From contig CP051526.1 of NCBI GenBank assembly GCA_050916045.1, positions 672,001 to 736,000 on the forward strand: a DNA stretch of 64,000 nucleotides. Direction: 5' to 3'. Positions 1-10,455 of this stretch are shown here, piece after piece. Each line of letters starts with the position of its first letter. The stretch's first letter is position 1. Source of the stretch: Tepidisphaera sp. (GTDB lineage Bacteria; Planctomycetota; Phycisphaerae; Phycisphaerales; UBA1924). A program made the translations under genes and the position numbers. The notes under the pieces are model-generated. The model searched no databases. It was not told the DNA's origin and was given only the letters and a program-made list of their open reading frames with translations.

Positions 1-20
1 GGACACGGACAATTGGCGGT

Positions 21-1814
21 TTGCGGGCTTCGGCCGGTCGGGCTGACTCCGCCGGTTCGCGCCGCGGTTTCACGCTGGTGGAGGTCCTGATCTCCGTCGG
101 CGCGGTCGCGATCGTGTCGGTCGGGCTCGCCGCGATCTTCCAGACCATCGGCGCGACCGTGACGCAGGGTCAGAAGGTCAGCGCCCTCACGCAAGCCGCG
201 GCCGTGCTCGAACAGCAGATGCGCCGGGACTTCAGCGGCATGACCCGCGAAGGATTCCTCGTCATCCGCAACCAGTTCGCCGGCCCCCGCAACGGCGGCG
301 GCAACTGGGAAGTCGCCCTCAACAAGGACGACGTCAACGCCCGTGAGCGGCGCATCGACGAGATGGTCTTCTTCGCCAAGGGCGAGTTTGAGACCGCCCG
401 CGCTCCGATCAACCCCTCGCTGGTCGCCCGAAGCGACACCGGCATGGTCTACTACGGCCACGTCCTCTTCCCACTCCGCAACAATCCTGCGAACGGTCAA
501 CCCATTCAGTCAAATCTCCGTCCGAGCGTGTCCGCCATCAACAATCCGGACCCGGGTTCGAACGACGTGGTGCCGGGCCGGCCCGACCTTTCCGGGTACG
601 GCGGCGGCGGTAGCTTCGGCGAAGCGCTCCCCGGCGGCGGCGTGCTTCCGAACACATTCGCCGAGAACTGGACGCTCGGCCGCAAGGTGACGCTCTTGGC
701 GACGCCGAAGTCGGCCCGTGAGGATCTTCCGGCCCGCGGCTGGCCCCGGGCTCTGCGTCTGGCGGCCAACGGCGGAGCTCCCAACTCGCGACTGAGCGAG
801 AACGAGGTGCAGATCGCGAGCCAGCCGGCGGCTTCGCACATCTTCCGAAGCCTTGGTCGTCTGGTCTCGGTGGTGGCTCCCGGTGCGACCGCGCGTCGAG
901 ATCAGCTCGCCCGTCCCGTCACCGGCCCCGGCGGCGATCCGGGCTCGACCTTCCCGCAGCTTTCCTCCGGTCTGGTGGACATCGCGACGACGGATCTCAA
1001 CGAGATTCGGACGATCGTGCAGACGTTCGATCTCGATCCCCGCGATCCCAACCTGCTCGCCCGGTACGAGAGCCTCAGATATGACGACCCCGCGGCCGAC
1101 CCGGACGCGACTTGGAACGCCAAGTTTCGCGCGACGGACATCGACGATCTCCGTCGGATGCACGCTTGGATGCAGGATGCGTTCCCGACGCAGTCGGACC
1201 GGTACGGCCCGACCAGCCAGACCGATCCGCTGGCCGCGCGCATGCGTGCCGAGTCGGCTCCGCCCGACTATCTCAACGTACTCACCGACCTGTCCGGCCG
1301 TCAGGGCGAGGACGCGGTGGCGCTCCTGACCCGGCGTGCAGACCAGTCCATGCTGACGCAGGGCGCGGTGCTCCCGCGATGCACGGAGTTCATCGTCGAG
1401 TGGACTTTCGGGCTTGTGAACCCGAACACCGGCGAGCTCCTCTGGTACGGGTCCAACACCGGGGCCTCGCAGATCACGCAGTACGACGAAAGCCCGCGGT
1501 ACTCGCCCTTCGCCGGCCGCACCGGCCTCAGCGGCGGAGCGACCGCCCACTACGCGCGCCGTGAGCTCATCTACGGGTCGCCCATCCCTCCGCGGACGGC
1601 GACGCAGACGGCTCACTTCGGGTTCTTTGATCCGTATTACAACCCGGCGGTCAACAACGGCAACCTCAGCGATCCGTACGACCCGGTGGTCGTGCCGTGG
1701 GCTTGGCCCAAGCTGGTGCGGATCACGGTCGCTCTCACCGACGAGCGCGAGCCGCTGAAGGAAGAACGGTTCCAGTGGGTCTTCGAACTGCCCGGAACGC
1801 CTGATCCTCAGTGA
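21..1814 (+). CDS. Prepilin-type N-terminal cleavage/methylation (pseudopilin-like) large protein; true start may lie upstream of the window
   Basis: Type IV prepilin motif RRGFTLVEVLISVGAVAIVSVGLAAIF followed by a hydrophobic helix; frame is open to the window edge. Confidence 0.8.
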   Translation: MRASAGRADSAGSRRGFTLVEVLISVGAVAIVSVGLAAIFQTIGATVTQGQKVSALTQAAAVLEQQMRRDFSGMTREGFLVIRNQFAGPRNGGGNWEVALNKDDVNARERRIDEMVFFAKGEFETARAPINPSLVARSDTGMVYYGHVLFPLRNNPANGQPIQSNLRPSVSAINNPDPGSNDVVPGRPDLSGYGGGGSFGEALPGGGVLPNTFAENWTLGRKVTLLATPKSAREDLPARGWPRALRLAANGGAPNSRLSENEVQIASQPAASHIFRSLGRLVSVVAPGATARRDQLARPVTGPGGDPGSTFPQLSSGLVDIATTDLNEIRTIVQTFDLDPRDPNLLARYESLRYDDPAADPDATWNAKFRATDIDDLRRMHAWMQDAFPTQSDRYGPTSQTDPLAARMRAESAPPDYLNVLTDLSGRQGEDAVALLTRRADQSMLTQGAVLPRCTEFIVEWTFGLVNPNTGELLWYGSNTGASQITQYDESPRYSPFAGRTGLSGGATAHYARRELIYGSPIPPRTATQTAHFGFFDPYYNPAVNNGNLSDPYDPVVVPWAWPKLVRITVALTDEREPLKEERFQWVFELPGTPDPQ

Positions 1815-1897
1815 TCACGCGGAAGCCGGACGGCGGGCGGGGGACGGGTGTGGTGTGTGACGGGGCTGGGAATGGGTGTGTGGCAGGAGTTCAAGCA

Positions 1898-4800
1898 ATG
1901 AGCACGAATCAAGACAAGAGCGGGTTGGTCAAGCGGCTTGGTCGCGCGATGGGTGGGCCGGCGGCGGTCCTCCGCGCGGTCGCCGGCGTTCCCGCCGGGG
2001 TCGCCAAGACGCGGCGCGGCACGTTCATGGTCGTCGTGATCGGAACGCTGGCCCTCCTCGCCGTCATCGCGATCGCCCACTTCGCCGTCAGCCAGACCGA
2101 CCGCCGGACCGGCGCTTCTGTCAAGCGGGCCGCCGCTATCGACGAGGTCCCCGACCAGGTCGCCAAGTACATCCAGAACGTCATCGTTCAGGACTCCTTC
2201 GTCAACGTCCCCGAGGAGGTCAGCGACTTCCTCACCGCCGCGCAATCCGCCCGGTTCATCGCCCGCCGCGAAGCGGTCGACCGCCCGTCGACCGACTGGC
2301 GCGTCGATTCCCGCGACGCACGGCTCTTCGTCACCGCCGCCGGCGTGCAGAAGCCCAACCGCCAGTTCTTCACGCCCGAGGGCATGGGCACCGACCCCTG
2401 GCTCGCCGACATCGCGCCGCAGTGGCTCAACTGGGCCGGCGACAGCCCCACGGCCGCGAACCCCGAGTTCCTCTACCGCCGCGACTGGGGCAAGATCTCC
2501 AACTTCGCCCCCGACGGCCGGTTCGTGAGCCTCGCCAACATCCGCAACAACTTCGCCGCCGAGTCCGGCTTCGGGTTTGACGGAAGCGGCAAGCCGCGGA
2601 CCAGCGAGGGTCTGACGCTCCTGACCTGGAGTACCGACCCCAACCAGATTTCCCAGCGAGCCACGGTGACCAACACCACCGACTTCAACCTCGCGCTGCC
2701 CAACAACAGCCCCGCGCGGTTCCGCTCGGCGGTCTGGGATTCACGACAGCGCGGCGCGTACCGCGCGGTCAAGGAGTGGTCGAATCTTCTCCCCAGCCAG
2801 TACGGCTACGCGGACAACGAGTGGGTCGACACCGACGGCGACGGGATCTACGACGCTCGCTGGGCCGAGCTCGTGGACGCTCGCGACCTCGTGGACGTCA
2901 CCGGCTCAAGCGCGATGAAGCAGCTCCTGACCACCGACGGCAAGGTCCGCTGGTTCTTCGCCGCTCGCGCCATCGACCTCTCCGGCCTCATCAACGTCAA
3001 CACCGCCACCGACCTGCGCTACGAGCCCGGCATGGCCTACCCCATCGGCGTCACGCCGGCGGATATCGACCTCAAGCGTCTGCTCACGATGTCCGACACG
3101 TTCGAGCGCTGGGGCGTCGGCTACGACTCGATCCTGCAGCCGGCGGGCCCGGCGAACTCACCGCGGGCGAGCAACTACCGCGATTACGACCAGAGCACCG
3201 CGTTCGACATGGGCGTCGGCGCCTACGACTCCATCCGCTGGTCCATCAAGAACGTCCTCGTGCAGGACCGGTACCGCAACGAGCCGTGGGACTGGCAAGC
3301 AGGCGGACAGTTTGGCAGCAAGGAAGGCGCTCTGCGCCACACGTTCTGGCGGCAGGGGGCGCGTTCCTCCGTCGGCGCCTCGATCGATTCCAACCGCGAT
3401 GTCACGCTCCCCGCGTACTTCCCGACGTCCGACATGGGCGACCTGCTCGGCCGCTTCGGCGTGAACAACCCGGACGAGACCTCCCGTCTTGAGTCCGCGA
3501 CCGACGGCCGCATCTCGGCTTCGGGCGGCATTCCTCCGCGCCGTCAGGTCGGATTCGGCCCGCTCCGCAGCAATCGCGACGAGTCGGTCGAACTCAACCG
3601 CACCGGCCGCGCCAACGGCGGCGGCATCGTCGTCGATCAGGGTTCTACGACGCCGGAAGCGATGCTCCAGACCGCCGTCGACCTGCGTTCGCAGCTCACG
3701 ACCGTGAGCGCAAGCCGCGAGATCCCGAGCATCGTCGGGATCGAGCAGACAAGCTATCCGTACTCCAGGTGGGCCACCCAGATCCTCGCGGATCAGGATT
3801 CCAAGGTCGCGCTCGGCACGCTCGCCGCCACGGGCGGCAACCTCACCAGCGCCGACGCGCAGAAGGTGTTCCACGCGTACGTCCGCGGTCTGGCCCCGGC
3901 GATCAAGCTGCCCGAGGTCTGGCCGGCCGGTGGCGTGCTCCCCGGCGGTGGCGGCAATCCGTTCCAAGCCCGAAAGACGCTCTTCTACGGCCACCAGGGC
4001 CCCGAGCTTGCAATGCTCGTCGCGGGCTCGATGGCGGTGAACGCGGAAGTGATGTTCAGCCAGGACGGCAGGCTTCCCAACCCGCGGACGCTGGTGTTCA
4101 ACACCGAGCTGGCGCGGACGACGCTCGCAACGCCGGCGCAGTCTCCCAAGTCCGGCGGCGTTCCGCTGGTGCCGTGGCTCTTCTCCGATCCGTCCTACTG
4201 CCTCGACCGCGACCCGGACAACAACGACCGGATCCTCGCGGCGCAGGCTTCGACGATCCAGTCCCCGGTGCTCCACCTGTACGGATTTGAGCCGCAGGTC
4301 TTCGTCAGCGAAGTCGGCTGCTACACCGCGTGGCGTGACACGCCGGATGACGATGACGTGTTCGTCTCGCTGCCGGGTCAGCCTCCGACGGGCTGGATCA
4401 CGATCAACGGCGACATGACCGCGGCGAACAAGGACTTCCTCTTCCGCTGCGTGGCCGTCCAGCTCCACAACCCCTTCGACGAGGACGTGGTGGTCTCGAC
4501 CGGGTTCCCAAGCGCGGGCGCCCCCCTGAACACCGCGGAGCGATTCCAGTACGTCAGGATCCGCGACTTCGATCAGACCAGCCCGGTCTGGTCGACGATC
4601 GGCCTCTTCTCCACGACCTTCTCAAGCCCGAACAGCATCGTGCTCAACGGTCTCACCGTTCGCGCCGGCGAGACGGTCGTCTGCTACGCCTTCGACCACA
4701 GCCCTCTTGAGATCGCCGCGACGCTCGAAGGACGCGGCGTCGTTCCCGCCGGCACGGGCGGTCAGTACCTGCGAGCCTGGGCCGAGAAGCAGTTCAGCTC

Positions 4801-6928
4801 TTCGGGCGACAATCGCGACGTCTCCAACCGCGCGGTCATGGTGATGCGCGTCAACAACGACGTCTCCGACATCATCGCGAATCGGGCCGATGCCGACCCG
4901 CAGATGATCGAGGATCCCAGCGGCGCCAACGGCATGACCGTCCAGCTCTGGAAGACCCGCCGCGCCGACATGACTCAGTACGGCGGCCCCAACGAGATCG
5001 GTGCCAACAACGCCGCGACCGCCAACCGGATCGAGAACGATCAGATGACGGACCGGTTCCGTCTCCGCAAGAACGCCCAGCAGACCATCGACCTCCGCAT
5101 CAAGCCGGGCGATCAGGATGTCGAAGGGTGCTACGGCGGCCGCAACCAGGGCCCTTTCAACGACCTCAATCACAACGGCGGCGTCACCATCATGCGATGG
5201 GCGACGGCTTCCCGCCCCAGCGATCCGATGGACGGCCTCGGCGGCCAGCTCCCCGTCGGCGGCCTGCCGGCGTACGTCATCGAGCCCAAGAGCTGGACCG
5301 GCGACTGGAACAAGGTCATCGACGACGACGTTGCGCCCGTCGGCGAACGCATCTCGCTCACCAAAGCGCTCATCGACGATCTTCGCACCTCCGCCAACAA
5401 CGGCATGGCCGACTTCGTCACCAGCGACTGGATCGCCAACTCGCGCGACGTCGCCTTCTCCGACACGATGCCCAAGTCGCCCAGTAACAAGCGAACGGAC
5501 ATCCCGGACATCCAGGCCAACCGCGACTCGGTCCCGTACGCCCAGCTCCGCGACCTGATGCCCCGGGCCCACCGCGGCGACAAGGGATTTGGCGGCGTCA
5601 ACAACCCGGTCTTCGGCACGGAAGTGCCCGGGACGCCGTCGCGAGCCTCGACGCTCCGCGTCTCGGACCTGCTTCTGCCGATGGCGATCACCCCGTGGGA
5701 ATCGCCGCTCCGCCGCAACCTGACCGAGCAGACGGACCAGAACATCCGCTACCTCACCGCCTCCGAAGCCTTCGCGATCGCGTACGGCTTTGAACAGCGG
5801 CCGACCCCCGCCGTCCCTGTGGACAAAGCGGATCCGGCTTCGCTCTACCTCCCCGCTCCGGCCCGGGCGAATCCCGACGGCTTCGGCGACACGAACGATC
5901 GCCCGGTCATCGACCGCGGCCACGTCGTGCTCGACGACTTCGCGCCCTTCTACGACGGCAATCGCGACGGCGTTTTCGAGCGCTCGCAAGCCTACAACGG
6001 CCTGAATCCCAACGCCGCCGTCACGCGCGACATCCGGTTCGGCCTGGGTATCCCGACGGCCCTTGGCATCATGGAGCAGTTCTCGGCGTTCGAGAACGAT
6101 CAGGCTTCGGCCATCCGGCCGGTGAACGGTCTGATCAACATCAACACCGCCCCGCCCAGCGTGCTGCGGATGCTCCCGCTGGTGACGCCGGCGGACTCGA
6201 CCTGGGGCCCGAATCTGATCTGGAACAACTCCTGGACGCAGACGAGCATCGAGACCGATCTGGCCGCGAGCATCGTCGCGTATCGCGACAAGAACCTGAC
6301 CTGGACCGAGCGCACGACGACCCCGGCCAAGTTCATCGGCGACCGCGCGGCCAACCGCCTGCCGATCAACAACGCCGCCGGCGCGGCCGCCATCAGCACC
6401 GAGCGCCAGCTCGGCCGCGCCCAAGCAAGTCAGATCGACGGCATCCGCGAGGAACCCGGGTTCCTCTCCACCGCCGAGCTCATGTGCGTCATCGAACGCG
6501 ATGCCAACGACCGCGGCGGCACCGCGACCAACCGTGACGAGAAGCGGAACCTGGACTTCCTCGGGTACAACAACCAGACCCGCTCCTCCGGCGGCGACAA
6601 CAACGACCGCAAGGGCGTCAACTCGCTCCACTTCAAGGACCCGAGGAGCGGAAACCTCGACGTCGACGGCATCCGCAACGACTTCGCAGAGCGCCTCCAG
6701 ATCATGTCCGCCCTCTCGAACGTCACCACCGTCCGAAGCGACGTCTTCGCCGTCTGGTTCGTCGTCCGCGGGTACGCACAGGAAGACACCGAGAACCTCG
6801 GCCCGGATGACCCGATGACCCCGAGCATCGAACGCCGGTTCGTCATGGTCATCGACCGCTCCGGCGTGACCGACCTCCGCTCGACCAACAAGCCCCGCGT
6901 CGTGCTCTTCAAGGAACTGCCGCGGTAA
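1898..6928 (+). CDS. Giant GspK/PilX-like minor pseudopilin-type protein (~1676 aa)
   Basis: RRGTFMVVVIGTLALLAVIAIA N-terminus; GLINVNTA and GLININTAPPSVLRMLP GspK-type helical motifs; C-terminal TTVRSDVFAVWFVVRG...RFVMVIDRS; AGGAG before ATG 1898. Confidence 0.65.
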   Translation: MSTNQDKSGLVKRLGRAMGGPAAVLRAVAGVPAGVAKTRRGTFMVVVIGTLALLAVIAIAHFAVSQTDRRTGASVKRAAAIDEVPDQVAKYIQNVIVQDSFVNVPEEVSDFLTAAQSARFIARREAVDRPSTDWRVDSRDARLFVTAAGVQKPNRQFFTPEGMGTDPWLADIAPQWLNWAGDSPTAANPEFLYRRDWGKISNFAPDGRFVSLANIRNNFAAESGFGFDGSGKPRTSEGLTLLTWSTDPNQISQRATVTNTTDFNLALPNNSPARFRSAVWDSRQRGAYRAVKEWSNLLPSQYGYADNEWVDTDGDGIYDARWAELVDARDLVDVTGSSAMKQLLTTDGKVRWFFAARAIDLSGLINVNTATDLRYEPGMAYPIGVTPADIDLKRLLTMSDTFERWGVGYDSILQPAGPANSPRASNYRDYDQSTAFDMGVGAYDSIRWSIKNVLVQDRYRNEPWDWQAGGQFGSKEGALRHTFWRQGARSSVGASIDSNRDVTLPAYFPTSDMGDLLGRFGVNNPDETSRLESATDGRISASGGIPPRRQVGFGPLRSNRDESVELNRTGRANGGGIVVDQGSTTPEAMLQTAVDLRSQLTTVSASREIPSIVGIEQTSYPYSRWATQILADQDSKVALGTLAATGGNLTSADAQKVFHAYVRGLAPAIKLPEVWPAGGVLPGGGGNPFQARKTLFYGHQGPELAMLVAGSMAVNAEVMFSQDGRLPNPRTLVFNTELARTTLATPAQSPKSGGVPLVPWLFSDPSYCLDRDPDNNDRILAAQASTIQSPVLHLYGFEPQVFVSEVGCYTAWRDTPDDDDVFVSLPGQPPTGWITINGDMTAANKDFLFRCVAVQLHNPFDEDVVVSTGFPSAGAPLNTAERFQYVRIRDFDQTSPVWSTIGLFSTTFSSPNSIVLNGLTVRAGETVVCYAFDHSPLEIAATLEGRGVVPAGTGGQYLRAWAEKQFSSSGDNRDVSNRAVMVMRVNNDVSDIIANRADADPQMIEDPSGANGMTVQLWKTRRADMTQYGGPNEIGANNAATANRIENDQMTDRFRLRKNAQQTIDLRIKPGDQDVEGCYGGRNQGPFNDLNHNGGVTIMRWATASRPSDPMDGLGGQLPVGGLPAYVIEPKSWTGDWNKVIDDDVAPVGERISLTKALIDDLRTSANNGMADFVTSDWIANSRDVAFSDTMPKSPSNKRTDIPDIQANRDSVPYAQLRDLMPRAHRGDKGFGGVNNPVFGTEVPGTPSRASTLRVSDLLLPMAITPWESPLRRNLTEQTDQNIRYLTASEAFAIAYGFEQRPTPAVPVDKADPASLYLPAPARANPDGFGDTNDRPVIDRGHVVLDDFAPFYDGNRDGVFERSQAYNGLNPNAAVTRDIRFGLGIPTALGIMEQFSAFENDQASAIRPVNGLININTAPPSVLRMLPLVTPADSTWGPNLIWNNSWTQTSIETDLAASIVAYRDKNLTWTERTTTPAKFIGDRAANRLPINNAAGAAAISTERQLGRAQASQIDGIREEPGFLSTAELMCVIERDANDRGGTATNRDEKRNLDFLGYNNQTRSSGGDNNDRKGVNSLHFKDPRSGNLDVDGIRNDFAERLQIMSALSNVTTVRSDVFAVWFVVRGYAQEDTENLGPDDPMTPSIERRFVMVIDRSGVTDLRSTNKPRVVLFKELPR

Positions 6929-6963
6929 GCTCGGAACGACGGGACACACTCAGGATCAAAGAT

Positions 6964-7003
6964 CGAGCGGGGCGGCCACAGGTCGCCCCGCTCGTTTGTT
7001 TTT
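6964..7003 (+). terminator. Intrinsic terminator after the pseudopilin genes
   Basis: CGAGCGGGGCGGCC-ACA-GGTCGCCCCGCTCG stem followed by TTTGTTTTT. Confidence 0.8.
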
Positions 7004-7050
7004 CCCCCCGCCGGCATGGCCCACCCCCGCGACCCCTATGATCCTCGGTC

Positions 7051-7124
7051 CAGGGTGTAGCTCAGCTTGGTAGAGCGTCTGGTTTGGGTCCAGAAGGCCG
7101 CAGGTTCAAATCCTGTCACCCTGA
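7051..7124 (+). tRNA. tRNA-Pro (anticodon TGG), CCA not encoded
   Basis: Acceptor stem CAGGGTG/CACCCTG, D-arm TAGCTCAGCTTGGTAGAGC, anticodon arm TCTGG-TTTGGGT-CCAGA, T-arm CAGGTTCAAATCCTG; TATGAT -10 box at 7037. Confidence 0.97.
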
Positions 7125-7210
7125 TTTGAGAGTGCTGTGGGCTTCGATGCACGTCATGATTGTCTCGATCGTGAGCCCGGATGGTGGCAACGACGCAACC
7201 GCTTTCTTCG

Positions 7211-8017
7211 CTACGCAGAGCCCACAGACCCGCACACGGGTGCTGCACCTCGGATCTGCTCGAAGTGGTACACAACGTCTCGGCCGCGCGTCACCAAGAC
7301 ACCGAACATCGGCGAGTCATCGCTCAGTTCCAATTCGGCATGGTCCCGCAGATTCAACTTGATCGGCACGCTGACGCTGGCGCCGCCGACAACACTCACG
7401 CCAGCCCAGGACCCCGCCATCGGCCGGTGCGCGTGACCGAAGCACACAAGCCGGACGTTTTGAGCCTGTGCGACCAAAGCTCGCAACCGGTGAGCGTCGA
7501 CAAGTTTGGCCTGATCAATCGCTGTCATTCCCAGATCAATGGGAGGATGGTGCATCATGAGGATCAGCGCATCGCGGTGCGCGTGGGCTTTCAGTCGTTC
7601 GGCGAGCCAGTTGAATCGGCTCGTGCAAATCTCTCCATGGCCAAAGCCAGGTGCAAGCGTGTCAACGCATATCAGGGCCGCAGCACCAGACTCCAGCACA
7701 ATATCGTGCTGAATAAATCCCGCATCGTCGACCCGCACGTCGGGGAAGACGGTGCGAAACGCATCGCGATTGTCGTGATTGCCCATCGTCAAACAAAGTG
7801 GCATGCGAAGCGGCGTGATCGCGTCGCGAAATGCCAGGTACTCAGCAGTCGAACCATTCTCCACGAGATCGCCCGTGAATACACAGAGATCCGCATCCGC
7901 ATGGACCGACGCGACATGGGACACTGCTTGGCGGAGTCGTGCGAGCGTGTCAACGCCCCCGAGCCGATTGTCGCCGGCTTGGACATGCGAATCGGTGAAA
8001 TGAATGATCTTTGCCAT
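7211..8017 (-). CDS. Calcineurin-like metallophosphoesterase (CpdA/GpdQ-like phosphodiesterase)
   Basis: Motifs FTDSH, TGDLVE, GNHD, MHHPP, CFGHAH. Confidence 0.9.
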   Translation of the reverse strand: MAKIIHFTDSHVQAGDNRLGGVDTLARLRQAVSHVASVHADADLCVFTGDLVENGSTAEYLAFRDAITPLRMPLCLTMGNHDNRDAFRTVFPDVRVDDAGFIQHDIVLESGAAALICVDTLAPGFGHGEICTSRFNWLAERLKAHAHRDALILMMHHPPIDLGMTAIDQAKLVDAHRLRALVAQAQNVRLVCFGHAHRPMAGSWAGVSVVGGASVSVPIKLNLRDHAELELSDDSPMFGVLVTRGRDVVYHFEQIRGAAPVCGSVGSA

Positions 8018-8093
8018 GCTGGTCTGCCTCCCAAAGTCGACTCCCGATCCGCACAAGTCCTCTCCACCGTGACGGCGGCTTGCTCGCTTCGCC

Positions 8094-8726
8094 TCAGGGT
8101 TGAAGTCGTCGCATTCGCCAATCCGTCTGCTCGCTTTCGACGCGGCTGTAGTGCAGCCTCCGGTGTAACCGATCCGCTCGTCCGTGCCAGAACTCGATGC
8201 TGTCGATGACCAGACGAAAGCCGTGCCAGTGTTCTGGGCGTTTCAGCGGCTCGCGACCAGAGAGGAGATGTTGCACGCCTTCGCGGAGATCCACTTCATC
8301 AACCAACAACTGGCTTTGGTGTGACAAGATCGCTACCGCCTGTGCCTCACGGGGTCGTCCGGCGAACAGCTCGTCGGATTTCTCGGAAGACAGCACCTTG
8401 ACGGAGCCCGTCATCGTGACCTGCTGCATCACTGGCGGCCACCAGAATACACCCGACGCGAGTGGAGAGTGTGCGAGGTCAAGCCCCTTGCCACTTCTGG
8501 TGGACGTTCCGAAAATGACCCCAGCATCGTCGCAGGACTTGGCAGAAACGACCCTCGCCTGCGGCCGTCCGTCCGCCCGCAGTGTGCCCAATACCAAAGC
8601 CTGATGGTCCATGACATTCAGACTGGCCGCTTGGTCAATCCAGTCTCGCAGCAGCACCAGAGGATTCTGTGGTGGCCGCTCGACCCCAATCTTCGCCACT
8701 TCCGGATTGCCCTGGAGTATGGACAT
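8094..8726 (-). CDS. pdxH: Pyridoxine/pyridoxamine 5'-phosphate oxidase family (PdxH/PhzG-like)
   Basis: P-x-ARVV, SRP/SHQS-like segment, RPEHWHGF, IEFWHGRADRLHRR, terminal RLQP. Confidence 0.8.
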   Translation of the reverse strand: MSILQGNPEVAKIGVERPPQNPLVLLRDWIDQAASLNVMDHQALVLGTLRADGRPQARVVSAKSCDDAGVIFGTSTRSGKGLDLAHSPLASGVFWWPPVMQQVTMTGSVKVLSSEKSDELFAGRPREAQAVAILSHQSQLLVDEVDLREGVQHLLSGREPLKRPEHWHGFRLVIDSIEFWHGRADRLHRRLHYSRVESEQTDWRMRRLQP

Positions 8727-8830
8727 CGCGTGGAGGGTACGCCGGCGGTACCGTGAGCCGGTATCTCTCAGCCGTCTGTCGATGCCCTAGCAATCAGGAG
8801 GCGCCAAGGACCTCTCGCCTCACAACTAAC

Positions 8831-8874
8831 GCCTGCCAAGAAGAGTTCAACTGGTGTACTGTCACCCTGATTTG
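8831..8874 (+). repeat. att-like site copy 1 (arm + tRNA 3' end)
   Basis: GCCTGCCAAGAAGAGTTCAACTGGTGTA-CTGTCACCCTGATTTG; last 16 nt identical to 7113-7128. Confidence 0.9.
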
Positions 8875-9014
8875 GCAGACCGGACGGCCACGGCAGGTGC
8901 CGGGACCATCGGACTTGCGGGGCAGTTCAGCCGAGTCCTCTTAGCCCAGTGGAGGGAGAGAGTGTTTAGCGTGTGCCCGCTCCCGCTCTTGAAGCCGGAC
9001 GCGATGTGTACAGT

Positions 9015-10052
9015 ATGATGTCCATGCACTCATACCCGGTCCGGATGTCGGTTGCTCTTTTGGTCGTCTCGGGTTGCGCACGGCCACAACCACAGCCTCT
9101 CTCCTCTTCGTCGGACGCAGCCATGCAGGCAGCTCTCGACAGGCACCGTCCGGGCGCACCGAGAACCTTGCTACGGACCCTCGCCGCGTGCGAAGGGCCT
9201 ACCTATGCCGCGAGCGGCCTGCCCGTTCGCGTGGTACACAAGGCCAGTGGTGTGAAGTTGCGGCTCGTTCCCGCCGGAGCGTTTGTAGCCGGCGGCACAG
9301 GGGACGCCAGCGACAAGCTCCCGCGTCGAGTGGTCATCCACCAGCCCTTTTACTTGGGCGAGACGGAGGTGACTATCGCTCAGTTCCGGGCCTTCGTCGA
9401 TGCGACCGGGTACACCACCGACGCCGAGCGCGGAACAGCGGAAGAGCCCGACAAGACCATCGGTGCATTCACACAAACCGCCAAGTTCCATCAGCGGCAC
9501 TGGAACAAAGACGCGCACTGGCGTCGTCCCTTTCCGTTCCTTACGAATCACATCCTCTCCGACGACCATCCAGTCTCGCAGATATCGTGGAACGACGCGA
9601 TGGCCTTCTGCGAGCACTATGGCCTGGCCCTCCCCGAGCCGAGTCAGTGGGAGTACGCCGCCCGCGCAGGTGGCCGCTTCGGTGGGGGGAACTTCGCCGA
9701 CGCTTCCACCGGCCGCCTTTTCAATGAGGACTTCGGCACGCCCGACGATGGCTTTCCGACCCACGCCATCGTCGCCTCATTCGAGCCTAATGGGTTCGGG
9801 CTCTATGACTTGCTCGGCAATGTTCAGGAGTGGACCGCCGACAGCTCATCCATCACGAGCCTCCGTGACGGCGAAATGCGGGGACTTGCCCGCCCCCGGG
9901 GGCGAGAAGCCCGCATCGCACCGCTCCGCGGCTCGACCTGGTTTGACCTGCCGCCCCTCCCCGATGACTTCGGGTGTGCCTCAGATTTTTCCATGCCCTC
10001 ACACTGCCGTCGCGACTTCATAGGGTTTCGGGTCATCGTTCCCATGGAGTGA
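9015..10052 (+). CDS. FGE-sulfatase (SUMF1/EgtB/PvdO) domain putative lipoprotein
   Basis: FYLGETEVT, HPVSQISWNDA, QWEYAARAG, NGFGLYDLLGNVQEW, IGFRV; lipobox-like LLVVSGC; exact start uncertain. Confidence 0.85.
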   Translation: MMSMHSYPVRMSVALLVVSGCARPQPQPLSSSSDAAMQAALDRHRPGAPRTLLRTLAACEGPTYAASGLPVRVVHKASGVKLRLVPAGAFVAGGTGDASDKLPRRVVIHQPFYLGETEVTIAQFRAFVDATGYTTDAERGTAEEPDKTIGAFTQTAKFHQRHWNKDAHWRRPFPFLTNHILSDDHPVSQISWNDAMAFCEHYGLALPEPSQWEYAARAGGRFGGGNFADASTGRLFNEDFGTPDDGFPTHAIVASFEPNGFGLYDLLGNVQEWTADSSSITSLRDGEMRGLARPRGREARIAPLRGSTWFDLPPLPDDFGCASDFSMPSHCRRDFIGFRVIVPME

Positions 10053-10318
10053 AGTACCAAACACTTCCTCGGGCGTGACGAGCCCAATCCGCGTGCTGCT
10101 CGCAGTGCAGCGGTATCGTCGAACCACGCGCCTGCCATCTCGCTCGTCCGTGCATTTGGCCTCCCGGCAAACGGTGATCTCAGGCGAAAGACGCGCGTGG
10201 TGGCGGACGCAAAAGATGGAAGCCGCGAGGGTCCGAGAGTGAACAATCGGCGCGCATCAGGCGGGCGGCAGCCCGCATCTGCCACGGCCTCTGAACAAAA
10301 GCCATCAGACCCGACCTC

Positions 10319-10358
10319 GCTTCAAGAAGTAATCTATTGATGTCCTGACTCCACGATT
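10319..10358 (+). repeat. att-like site copy 2 (degenerate)
   Basis: GCTTCAAGAAGTAATCTATTGATGTCCTGACTCCACGATT aligns with the consensus TCTATTGGTGTACTGTCACCCTGATT without gaps in the core. Confidence 0.6.
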
Positions 10359-10413
10359 GCTTTCACGGTTTCACGGCGATCAGAGCCCGCATTCCGGGCT
10401 CCCAGGCTCGTAT

Positions 10414-10455
10414 CCCTTCCACACAAAGTTCTATTGGTGTACTGTCACCCTGATT
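10414..10455 (+). repeat. att-like site copy 3
   Basis: CCCTTCCACACAAAGTTCTATTGGTGTA-CTGTCACCCTGATT. Confidence 0.9.
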
